64,000 bases of DNA, taken from assembly GCA_002699125.1 (NCBI GenBank), contig PABI01000032.1, positions 15,588 through 79,587 on the forward strand, given 5' to 3'. This DNA comes from Anaerolineaceae bacterium. Lineage in GTDB: Bacteria; Chloroflexota; Anaerolineae; Promineifilales; Promineifilaceae. Both the position numbers and the translations under genes were made by a program. This document shows, one piece after another, positions 45,274 to 53,113 of the stretch. Under the pieces are notes generated by a model. The model was not told where the DNA came from, ran no database searches, and was given only the letters and a program-made list of their open reading frames with translations. Positions within the stretch are counted from its first letter, which is position 1; every line of letters starts with the position of its first letter.

Positions 45274-47133
45274 CTACGCTGGCTTCTTTTGGGTGATGTT
45301 GTCCAGGGCAAATTGAATGGCCCTGGCCTGGTCGTCGGTTACCGAAGATTTTTCCAGCTTGCCGTGCCCGGCATCAAACCAGTGGATTTCAATTGGCTTC
45401 TCCAGCGCTTTCATTTTGGCGACAAACTGCTCCATCTGGCGTGCCGTGGTGCGTGAATCGTTGAATCCCTGGAAGATGAGCAGAGGGGCCTGAATATCCT
45501 CAATGTAGGTGCTGGGGGAGCTTTTGACATAGTTTTGCCGCACGTCGGCCAGGTGCCCGGCGTGCCAAACGGCAAAAGCGCCCTTCATGGCATCGGCGGC
45601 ATCTTCATAGTTAGCCACCCAATCGGCAATTGCCACCATGGCAATACCGCCGGCCCATAAATCCGGCCTTCGCGCTAATCCCCACAGCGTTAAGTAGCCG
45701 CCATAAGAAGCGCCGTTAAGGAAGATGGCGTTTGGCTGGGCGATTTGCTGGTCTACCAACCAGTCGCGTGCGGCCACCATGTCCATTAGCTCATAATGGC
45801 CCAGGTTGCCCCAAATCTGGCTCTTGAAGGCATCGCCAAAGCCGGTGGAGCCACGATAGTTGATGGTGCAAAAGGCAAAGCCATGATCGACCCAGGCTTG
45901 CGCTGGTGGCGAAAATGTTTCGGTAATGGCGACATGCGGCCCGCCGTGCATGTTGAGGATGGTGGGAAAGGGGCCACTGCCTTCCGGTGTAACGAGCCAG
46001 CCCTGGAACGGTGTGCCGTCGGCCGAGGTGATGGTGACCGACTGCCAGGGACGGCCGTTTGGCACATTGTCCGGACCATAGAGGATGCGTTTTCTACTGC
46101 CCGTACGGCCGTCCAGCTCCACCACCTGCATCGGATTGGCCCCATTTTGCCACAAGGAAACGATGGTGCCGTCGGGCAAAAAGTGGGGGAAAGAGCCAAA
46201 AGGACCTACGGATAGATCGTAGGTGCCGCTGGGATGGTCCAATTTGGTCAGCGTGCTGCTGGCAAGTTCGTAGGTGTAAAGCTGCTGCTGCGCCCAGTGG
46301 GAATGGCACAGCAGCAAGGTTTGGCCATCTGGTGACCAATCCCAGGCGAGCATATCGCCCTCCATGTCGGGGAAATCGAGGTCGGTTCGTTCCTGGGTGC
46401 GGGGATGCCAGAAATACGGCCGTTTCTGCCCCGATTTTGAACTCACACCCAAAATGCGTTCATCTCCTGCCAGCGGCGAAAAACAGGTGGGTGTGATGCT
46501 GGCGTCTGCTCCGTCCCACAGCTCAGCCACTTCTTCACCGGTAACGGCATCAAACACTACCACACAGTAAAGTCGGGAGCCGGTGCGCCGCGTGGAGCGA
46601 ACGGCGGCTAATGTCTCGTCGGCTGAGAGCTCTGCTTGCCAAAATTCCATCTTGTCTTGATAAAGTAAGCGCTGCTTTTGCACCTGATCCTGTTCGTCCA
46701 GGTCCAGGCTGTGTAGTTGGTACCCTGCTTCGGTTACGATGGTGAGCGCCATACGCCGGTTGTTGGCGGCAAAGCCAATGCCGCGCAAATTGTAGGGTGG
46801 CAAATCGGGCGTGATGTCCTCCGGTGGCCCACCCGCGCAGCTCTGGCGGACGACATGTCCTTTTTCGTCGCCTTTGGTGTCCTGAAGGTAATGGAAGAAA
46901 CGGCCGTTGGGCGACAGCGCTACGTTAAAATAAGGGACCCCACCTTCATCATCCGTTACCTGGCGGATGGCTCCTGTCATACGATCAACGGCGTAAAGCT
47001 GAAAAACGCCTGATTTGTCACTGACCAACATCGTTTGCTCTGGCTTATGCCGTGCCGTGTGTGTCCAGGCCACGGTGGGCAAATGATACCGCTGTTTCCA
47101 GGCTGCGTTTTCGCTTGTCTGTAATTGCTTCAC
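45274..47133 (-). CDS. S9-family serine peptidase (prolyl oligopeptidase / acylaminoacyl-peptidase-like)
   Basis: N-terminal propeller region plus a C-terminal alpha/beta hydrolase with GASYGGYL (GxSxGG nucleophile elbow), FQGFNDSR (Asp) and DAGHG (His). Confidence 0.9.
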   Translation of the reverse strand: MKQLQTSENAAWKQRYHLPTVAWTHTARHKPEQTMLVSDKSGVFQLYAVDRMTGAIRQVTDDEGGVPYFNVALSPNGRFFHYLQDTKGDEKGHVVRQSCAGGPPEDITPDLPPYNLRGIGFAANNRRMALTIVTEAGYQLHSLDLDEQDQVQKQRLLYQDKMEFWQAELSADETLAAVRSTRRTGSRLYCVVVFDAVTGEEVAELWDGADASITPTCFSPLAGDERILGVSSKSGQKRPYFWHPRTQERTDLDFPDMEGDMLAWDWSPDGQTLLLCHSHWAQQQLYTYELASSTLTKLDHPSGTYDLSVGPFGSFPHFLPDGTIVSLWQNGANPMQVVELDGRTGSRKRILYGPDNVPNGRPWQSVTITSADGTPFQGWLVTPEGSGPFPTILNMHGGPHVAITETFSPPAQAWVDHGFAFCTINYRGSTGFGDAFKSQIWGNLGHYELMDMVAARDWLVDQQIAQPNAIFLNGASYGGYLTLWGLARRPDLWAGGIAMVAIADWVANYEDAADAMKGAFAVWHAGHLADVRQNYVKSSPSTYIEDIQAPLLIFQGFNDSRTTARQMEQFVAKMKALEKPIEIHWFDAGHGKLEKSSVTDDQARAIQFALDNITQKKPA

Positions 47134-47275
47134 ACTTCACCTCTCCTTGTCGTTCGGTCTAGTTGAGGAATGTTTTGGCTTCTGCTTACCTCCGTTCATT
47201 GTAAACGAAACTGCCAAATTTATTAGCATTTTGTCGCCTATTCGCCTTGTCACTGCTTCACCCCGGCAAAATTTC

Positions 47276-47304
47276 TTGACGCAACCCCTTGCCTGGGCTA
47301 GAAT
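47276..47304 (+). promoter_or_regulatory. Near-consensus sigma-70 promoter upstream of ffh
   Basis: TTGACG (47276-47281), 17 nt, TAGAAT (47299-47304). It would give a ~190-nt leader before the ffh start at 47502. Confidence 0.5.
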
Positions 47305-47373
47305 TGCCCGTCTGCAAAGCAACATAAAAATTTGTAGCAAACAAGCAGCATCTTTAACCAATAGAACGTGGCG

Positions 47374-47411
47374 AATAACGGGTTAATACCATTATTGACC
47401 CGTTTATTTTT
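47374..47411 (+). terminator. Terminator-like hairpin with T-run inside the ffh leader (attenuator or end of a small RNA)
   Basis: AATAACGGGT (47374-47383) pairs with ACCCGTT(T)ATT (47398-47408) with one bulge, followed by TTTTT. Confidence 0.4.
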
Positions 47412-47430
47412 GTCCCTGAATCGAACGAAC

Positions 47431-47486
47431 AACTTGCGGGAGGTTTTAGACGATACGGGATTGATGGAAGAAACCTCCCGCAGGTT
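47431..47486 (+). repeat. Second copy of the CCTGCGGGAGGTT hairpin element
   Basis: AACTTGCGGGAGGTTT (47431-47446) pairs with AAACCTCCCGCAGGTT (47471-47486), 16 bp with one G:U. It uses the same arm word as the hairpin at 3075-3130. Confidence 0.7.
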
Positions 47487-47501
47487 TCTGACGAGGTTTT
47501 T

Positions 47502-48845
47502 GTGTTTGAGTCATTAGGAAATCGCCTGCAATCTGTATTTGATGGCTTGCAGCGGCGCGGCAAACTTACCGAAGCGGATGTAGACAAAGCGATGCGCGAG
47601 GTGCGCCTGGCTTTGTTGGAAGCGGATGTAAACTTCAAGGTTGTCAAGCGCTTTGTGGAACGGGTGCGGGAACGCGCCGTAGGCCAGGAAGTGATGCGCA
47701 GTCTGACGCCGGGCCAGCAGGTGGTAAAGATTGTTCAAGAAGAGCTGGTGCAAACGCTGGGCGAACCGGGCCGCCTTAATTTAGGCATGCAGTCTCCGGC
47801 AGTGATCATGCTGGTTGGGCTGCAAGGTGCGGGTAAAACCACGATGGCTGGTAAGCTGGCGCTTCATTTGCGTAAACAGGGGAGACGGCCGTTGCTCGTT
47901 GGCGCTGATGTCTATCGTCCCGCCGCCATTGAACAGCTGCAGACCCTGGGCCGCCAACTGGACATTCCCGTCTATGACGAAGGACCAGAAGCCAATCCGG
48001 TGACCGTCTGCGCCAACGGCGTGAAGAAAGCTGTGGCTACCGGCGCTACCACCGTCATTTTAGATACCGCCGGCCGGTTGAACATTGACGAAATGATGAT
48101 GGGCGAAATCAAGGCCATCAAAGAAAAAGTCAATCCGATAGAGACATTGCTGGTAGCCGACGCCATGACGGGCCAGGAAGCGGTGCGCGTGGCCACTGAC
48201 TTTAACGAAGCGGTCAACATCACCGGCCTCATCATGACCAAAATTGATGGTGATGCCCGTGGTGGGGCAGCCATCTCCATGCGTGAAGTCACCGGCGTGC
48301 CGATTAAATTCCTGGGCACGGGCGAAAAGCTCAGCGCCATCGAAGAGTTTCATCCTGACCGGCTCTCCAGCCGTATTTTGGGGATGGGTGATGTGCTAAC
48401 GCTCATTGAGCGAGCGCAAGAGGAGATGGACCAGGAAGAAGCCGAAAAAGCGGGCAAGAAGATGCTCCAGGGTGATTTCAACCTGGAAGATTTTCTGAAC
48501 CAGATGCAGCAAATTAAGCGCCTGGGGCCAATTGGCCAACTGCTGGAAATGATTCCCGGCATGAACAAAATGACCAAAGATGTGGATTTGAGCAGTGCTG
48601 AAGGTGATTTAAAGCGCATTGAGGCAATTATTCGCTCGATGACGCCGCAAGAGCGGCGCAACCCCAAGATTCTCAAGGCCAGCCGCAAACGCCGTGTCGC
48701 TGCCGGGTCCGGCACAACCGTGCAGGATGTCAACGCGCTGCTAAAGCAGTTTCAAGAGATGAAAAAGATGATGAAACAGCTGACAAAGGGGCGCGGGCGC
48801 GGACTGCGTAATCTGATGGGCGGCATGGGTGGCTTTGGCCAGTGA
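47502..48845 (+). CDS. ffh: Signal recognition particle protein Ffh (SRP54)
   Basis: GLQGAGKTT, DTAGR and TKIDGDARGG GTPase motifs plus a Met-rich M domain. GTG start preceded by GAGG. Confidence 0.95.
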   Translation: MFESLGNRLQSVFDGLQRRGKLTEADVDKAMREVRLALLEADVNFKVVKRFVERVRERAVGQEVMRSLTPGQQVVKIVQEELVQTLGEPGRLNLGMQSPAVIMLVGLQGAGKTTMAGKLALHLRKQGRRPLLVGADVYRPAAIEQLQTLGRQLDIPVYDEGPEANPVTVCANGVKKAVATGATTVILDTAGRLNIDEMMMGEIKAIKEKVNPIETLLVADAMTGQEAVRVATDFNEAVNITGLIMTKIDGDARGGAAISMREVTGVPIKFLGTGEKLSAIEEFHPDRLSSRILGMGDVLTLIERAQEEMDQEEAEKAGKKMLQGDFNLEDFLNQMQQIKRLGPIGQLLEMIPGMNKMTKDVDLSSAEGDLKRIEAIIRSMTPQERRNPKILKASRKRRVAAGSGTTVQDVNALLKQFQEMKKMMKQLTKGRGRGLRNLMGGMGGFGQ

Positions 48846-48883
48846 TCGGTATACAGTAATTAGTAAAACTGCGCGCCTGGCTT

Positions 48884-48909
48884 GTCATTCCCGCGCAGGT
48901 GGGAATCCA
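48884..48909. repeat. GTCAT...ATCC palindromic element, single clear arm
   Basis: GTCATTCCCGCGCAGGTGGGAATCCA (internal stem ATTCCC/GGGAAT). A degenerate second arm may extend to ~48940 (TGGAT...GAATGAT). Confidence 0.6.
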
Positions 48910-49038
48910 TAGGCTGGATGCGTCAAAAACTGCTGAATGATGTAGAATTGATGAGTTAATAAAATAATCAGGGCGGACGCAAACAGTCGCCTGCCGTAAA
49001 TTGTGAAATAATCTTGAAGTGAGTGGAGATAAAGACAG

Positions 49039-49719
49039 ATGCTAAAGATTCGATTGAGCCGCACAGGCAAGAAAAGACAACCAAGCTACCGCGTGGTTGT
49101 GGCTGATATTAATTCAAAGCGAGACGGCCGTATTGTGGAACGCATTGGCCATTACAATCCGCTGGTAGAACCGTCTGAGTTTGCCATCAAAGAAGACCGC
49201 GCCCTGCATTGGCTGAGCGTAGGTGCCCAACCGACTGACGCCGTTCGTCGTCTGCTGGACAAACAAGGTACCTTTGACCGTTTAGGTCGCCTGCATGCCG
49301 GGGAATCCCTGGACGTGTTGGCCGCTGAGGTCACCGGTGCTGTCGTTGCTGCCCCCGAGGCTGTTGAGGAAGTTGCCGAGGAAGAAGAGACGGTTGAAGA
49401 AGAGGAAGAATCGGTTGTGGAAGAAGCTGTTGAAGCTGTTCAGGAAGTAGCCGCCGACGTTGTTGAAACCGTTGAAGATGCTGTCGAAACAGTTGTTGAT
49501 GCCGTAGAAGACGCGGTTGATGCCGATGACGAAGAAGACGAGGCTGAAACTGAAGAAGAACTGGCCGAAGATGATGTAGATTCTTCTGAGGAAGATGAAG
49601 GCGAAGAAGAGGACGACGACGACGAAGAAGAGGACGACGACGACGAAGAAGAAGAGGACGAAGAAGAGGACGACGACGACGACGATGAAGACGACGACGA
49701 CGAAGACGACAAGGATTAA
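49039..49719 (+). CDS. rpsP: 30S ribosomal protein S16 with ~140-aa acidic C-terminal extension
   Basis: MLKIRLSRTGKKRQPSYRVVVADINSKRDGRIVERIGHYNPL is canonical S16. From ~49294 the protein is almost only E/D/A/V and ends in runs of D and E. Confidence 0.9.
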   Translation: MLKIRLSRTGKKRQPSYRVVVADINSKRDGRIVERIGHYNPLVEPSEFAIKEDRALHWLSVGAQPTDAVRRLLDKQGTFDRLGRLHAGESLDVLAAEVTGAVVAAPEAVEEVAEEEETVEEEEESVVEEAVEAVQEVAADVVETVEDAVETVVDAVEDAVDADDEEDEAETEEELAEDDVDSSEEDEGEEEDDDDEEEDDDDEEEEDEEEDDDDDDEDDDDEDDKD

Positions 49720-49730
49720 TCGGGGGCGTT

Positions 49731-49973
49731 ATGAAAGACCTTGTTGAATATGTCGTGAAGTCGCTGGTTGAGTCGCCGGATGAAGTTTCGATTGCTGAGT
49801 ACGATAACCAGGATGAAACCGTGTTGGAATTGACGGTTGCTGGTTCAGATATGGGCCGAGTCATTGGCAAAAGCGGGCGGGTGATTAATGCCATTCGCAC
49901 CCTGGCGCAGGTGGCGGCGGCCAAACAGGACACGCGCGTGTCTGTGGAGCTGGTTGAAACAGGCAATCGCTAA
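49731..49973 (+). CDS. KH-domain RNA-binding protein (UPF0109 / YlqC-like)
   Basis: 80 aa with GRVIGKSGRVINAIRTL (GxxG KH motif). It sits in the conserved position between rpsP and rimM. Confidence 0.85.
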   Translation: MKDLVEYVVKSLVESPDEVSIAEYDNQDETVLELTVAGSDMGRVIGKSGRVINAIRTLAQVAAAKQDTRVSVELVETGNR

Positions 49974-50037
49974 TTCCCAACCTGATCTTGGGCATATGTT
50001 TCACCTGCGCTTCACCAATTGAGCAGAAACCTGTGAT

Positions 50038-50068
50038 AACCTCGCGACAGCGAGGTTTTTGTCGTTTT
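50038..50068 (+). terminator. Rho-independent terminator after the KH gene
   Basis: AACCTCGC (50038-50045), loop GACA, GCGAGGTT (50050-50057), then TTTGTCGTTTT. Confidence 0.6.
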
Positions 50069-50154
50069 CGCCTGAATGTAAAGAACGATGCGAAGGCGCT
50101 GGCGCAAAGAGTCCGGAAGAAAATCTATCATTTTCTAGTGGGACCACCATAAAT

Positions 50155-50697
50155 ATGAGCAAAAAGAAGACACTCGCTGCGGCCGCAGATGACGAAACAG
50201 AATTTATTGTGATTGGCGAAATCACCAAACCGCATGGGGTGCGTGGCGAGATGCGGGTGAAGCCGCATACCGACGAACCGGAGCGGTTTACCTGGCTAGA
50301 GCAGGTGTACATCGGTGAAGAGAATCCCCGTTTAATGGCGGTAGAGAAGGCGCGGCTGCACCAGGGAATGATCTTGCTCAAGTTAGCGGCCGTAAACGAC
50401 CGAACTGCTGCTGATACCCTGCGTGGTGAATGGCTCATGGTGCCAGAAACCGAGGCGCTTCCCCTGGAAGAAGGTGAATATTTCCTGTTCCAGCTCGAAG
50501 GGCTGGCCGTCTCCACCGTGGAGGGTGAGGCGCTGGGCACCTTAACCCGTATCATCGAGACAGGGGCCAACAATGTGTTTGTGGTGCAGGGTGAGCAGGG
50601 CGAGCTGCTTTTGCCAGACATTGCAGACGTGGTGCAGGAAATTGATTTTGAAAACGGCCGTATGGTTGTGGCCTTGCTGCCCGGCCTACGGCCGTAG
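50155..50697 (+). CDS. rimM: 16S rRNA processing protein RimM
   Basis: Start moved to ATG 50155 because the track start at 50059 lies in the terminator. GEITKPHGVRGEMRVKPHTD and the PRC-barrel-like C-terminus are typical RimM. Confidence 0.85.
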   Translation: MSKKKTLAAAADDETEFIVIGEITKPHGVRGEMRVKPHTDEPERFTWLEQVYIGEENPRLMAVEKARLHQGMILLKLAAVNDRTAADTLRGEWLMVPETEALPLEEGEYFLFQLEGLAVSTVEGEALGTLTRIIETGANNVFVVQGEQGELLLPDIADVVQEIDFENGRMVVALLPGLRP

Positions 50698-50753
50698 CCG
50701 GTTAACGGCTATCAGGTTTTACCGTTTAACAAGTACCAAAAAGTTTCTCTCAA

Positions 50754-50781
50754 TTGACAACCCGCTCGTAAAAGGTATGCT
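50754..50781 (+). promoter_or_regulatory. Candidate promoter for a leaderless dprA mRNA
   Basis: TTGACA (50754-50759), 16 nt, TATGCT (50776-50781). The ATG at 50788 is 6 nt past the -10. No SD. Confidence 0.3.
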
Positions 50782-50787
50782 TTTCAT

Positions 50788-51915
50788 ATGTCCGACCTGA
50801 AGTATTGGCTTGGTTTTAATTTGGTAAAAGGCATCGGTCCGGCCAAGGTGCAGGCCTTGCTGGATTACTACGGTTCGCTGGCCAATGCGTGGCAGGCCAA
50901 TGAGTACGAGCTGCAAAAAATCGGGCTGGATCGACGGGCCATAAAAACGTTTTTGGAGACGCGCCAGGCGGTAGATTTGGATCTGGCACTGGCGCGCGTG
51001 GAGCAGGCGGGTGTCTCTTTGCTCACCTGGGAGATGCCGACCTATCCCAAATATTTGCGCGAGATTCCCAATCCGCCACCGCTGCTTTATTACCAGGGTG
51101 AGCTGCGCGAGCAAGACCAGTGGGCGGTGGCCGTGGTGGGCACGCGGCGGCTGACCGGCTACGGCCGTCAGGTGACACAAGATTTGGTTGCCGGGCTGGT
51201 GCAAAATAACGTCACCATCATTAGTGGGTTGGCGCGCGGGATTGATGCTATTGCCCATAAAACGGCCGTGGAATTTGGCGGCCGAACCCTGGCTGTGCTG
51301 GGTTCTGGCCTGGATTGCATCTACCCGGCCGAGCACCGTACGTTGGCGCAAGAAATTGCGCAAGGGCAAGGGGCTATCATCAGCGAATATGGCCTGGGCG
51401 TGCAGCCGGAAGCCAAAAATTTTCCGCCCCGTAACCGCATCATCAGTGGGCTTTCATTGGGCGTAATCATTGTTGAAGCAGGTGAACGGAGCGGCGCGCT
51501 TATCACGACTAACTTTGCCCTGGAGCAAAACCGCGAAGTGTTTGCCGTACCGGGTAATATCAACAGTCCGGTTAGCAGCGGACCCAACAAGCTGATTCAA
51601 GAAGGGGCCAAGCTGGTGCGGCGGGTGGAAGATGTCCTGGAAGAGCTGAATTTGCACATGGTGGTTGAGCATACGGCCGTACAAATGGTACTCCCCGAAA
51701 CGGCCGAAGAAGTGGCCCTATACACTCAGCTTTCGGCCCAGCCGGTACACATCGACGAATTGAGCCGGGCCACGGGCCTGCCCAGCGCCCTGGTAAGCAG
51801 CACCCTGACATTGATGGAACTCAAGGGGATGGTGCAGCAGGTTGGCGGCATGAACTATATTTTGCTTCGTGAAGATGGACCCGTTTACGATACAACAACC
51901 GACAATAAACAATGA
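50788..51915 (+). CDS. dprA: DNA-processing protein DprA
   Basis: N-terminal SAM-like LKYWLGFNLVKGIGPAKV, Rossmann core GLARGIDAIAHKTA...IISEY, and a C-terminal winged-helix-like tail. Confidence 0.9.
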   Translation: MSDLKYWLGFNLVKGIGPAKVQALLDYYGSLANAWQANEYELQKIGLDRRAIKTFLETRQAVDLDLALARVEQAGVSLLTWEMPTYPKYLREIPNPPPLLYYQGELREQDQWAVAVVGTRRLTGYGRQVTQDLVAGLVQNNVTIISGLARGIDAIAHKTAVEFGGRTLAVLGSGLDCIYPAEHRTLAQEIAQGQGAIISEYGLGVQPEAKNFPPRNRIISGLSLGVIIVEAGERSGALITTNFALEQNREVFAVPGNINSPVSSGPNKLIQEGAKLVRRVEDVLEELNLHMVVEHTAVQMVLPETAEEVALYTQLSAQPVHIDELSRATGLPSALVSSTLTLMELKGMVQQVGGMNYILLREDGPVYDTTTDNKQ

Positions 51916-51924
51916 GGATAGAAT

Positions 51925-53025
51925 ATGAAAATTATCATTTTTGCCGGTGGCTCTGGCCGCCGCTTGTGGCCGCTTAGCCGTAAAAAATCCCCCAAGCAGT
52001 TTGAACCGATCATTGGTGAAAAATCGACACTGCGCCTGGCAGTCGATCGGGTGGAACCGGTTTATGGTGCAGAAAATATCTTCATTTCGACCAACGAGCG
52101 TTACGTAGACATCATTCGTAAGCAGCTGCCGGAACTGCCCCCGGACAACGTCATTGGCGAGCCGACCCGACGAGATCTGGCGGCGGCCGTGGGGCTGGCG
52201 CTGTCTCACCTGGCCCACGCGACTCCGGAAGAGGCGCAGGAAAACGAGCCAGTGGCCATTTTGTGGGGCGACAATTACATGGACCAGGTTGATGTATTTC
52301 GGCGCGTCCTGGAGAGCGCGGAAAAGCTGATTGCCAGCCAGAAAGCCAAAATTATTTTCATGGGCGAAACGCCTCGTTTTGCCAACGATCAGCTGGGCTG
52401 GATTGGTTTGGGTGAGGAAAAGGGAACGGTGAACGGCCGTGCCTACTTCGGCTTCAAATCGTTGCGCTACCGGCCACCGTTAGCCGAGTGTCAACAGATG
52501 TTTGCCGAAAATACACATGTGTGGAATACTGGCTACTTCGTAACCACTATCGGTTTTGTGCGCAAACAGTACCAACAGCTGCAACCCACCATGTGGGCTG
52601 GCCTCAAGGAAATTGAAGAAGCAATTGGGCAGCCAAATTACCAGGAGACCTTGCAGCGCGTCTACCCGAATTTTGAGGTCATCAGCTTTGATGACGCGAT
52701 TCTGCACCACATAAAACCGGATGATGCGCTGGTGCTGCATGGCGAGATGGGTTGGAGCGATCCGGGTACCTTATATGCGCTTAAAGAGGCGATTAATCCT
52801 GACCTGAAGGCCAATGTAACCAAAGGCCAAGTCATTGCCGAGCAGACAAACGATAGCCTGGTTTTTAATTATGAAGAAAACAAGCTGGTAACGGTTATTG
52901 GCCTTGAAGGGATGATTGTGGTAAACACGGAAGATGCTATCCTGGTTGTACACAAGGATAATATTCCTTTGGTTAAGAAAGTGGTTAACGACCTGGAAGG
53001 GACTGATTTAGAAGCGTATAGTTGA
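51925..53025 (+). CDS. Mannose-1-phosphate guanylyltransferase-like sugar nucleotidyltransferase
   Basis: MKIIIFAGGSGRRLWPLSRKKSPKQF (GGxGxRLWPLS signature) and a length typical of ManC-type enzymes. Confidence 0.8.
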   Translation: MKIIIFAGGSGRRLWPLSRKKSPKQFEPIIGEKSTLRLAVDRVEPVYGAENIFISTNERYVDIIRKQLPELPPDNVIGEPTRRDLAAAVGLALSHLAHATPEEAQENEPVAILWGDNYMDQVDVFRRVLESAEKLIASQKAKIIFMGETPRFANDQLGWIGLGEEKGTVNGRAYFGFKSLRYRPPLAECQQMFAENTHVWNTGYFVTTIGFVRKQYQQLQPTMWAGLKEIEEAIGQPNYQETLQRVYPNFEVISFDDAILHHIKPDDALVLHGEMGWSDPGTLYALKEAINPDLKANVTKGQVIAEQTNDSLVFNYEENKLVTVIGLEGMIVVNTEDAILVVHKDNIPLVKKVVNDLEGTDLEAYS

Positions 53026-53046
53026 TTTTGTTGAACTCGTTTTGCT

Positions 53047-53101
53047 AAACAGAAAACGTAAAACGGGCAGGTTTGGCACCGTTTTACGTTTTCTGTTTTA
53101 T
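53047..53101 (+). terminator. Strong rho-independent terminator
   Basis: Perfect 20-bp stem AAACAGAAAACGTAAAACGG (53047-53066) / CCGTTTTACGTTTTCTGTTT (53079-53098), 12-nt loop, then a T/A-rich tail. Confidence 0.8.
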
Positions 53102-53113
53102 ATAGATATTTTT

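Noticed and set aside
47305-47411. SRP RNA (ffs) or 6S RNA gene next to ffh.
   Set aside because: I could not find the conserved SRP domain IV sequence (GGAA tetraloop context ...GGAAGGAAGCAGCC...). Only AAGCAGC is present, and there is no long closing helix. The region is AT-rich and is better described as a leader or unknown sRNA.
49331-49966. 211-aa minus-strand ORF (and 49440-49712) opposite rpsP and the KH gene.
   Set aside because: It is the antisense reading of the GAA/GAC triplet repeats encoding the acidic S16 tail, giving poly-Ser/Leu/Arg strings. It is an artefact of the low-complexity repeat.
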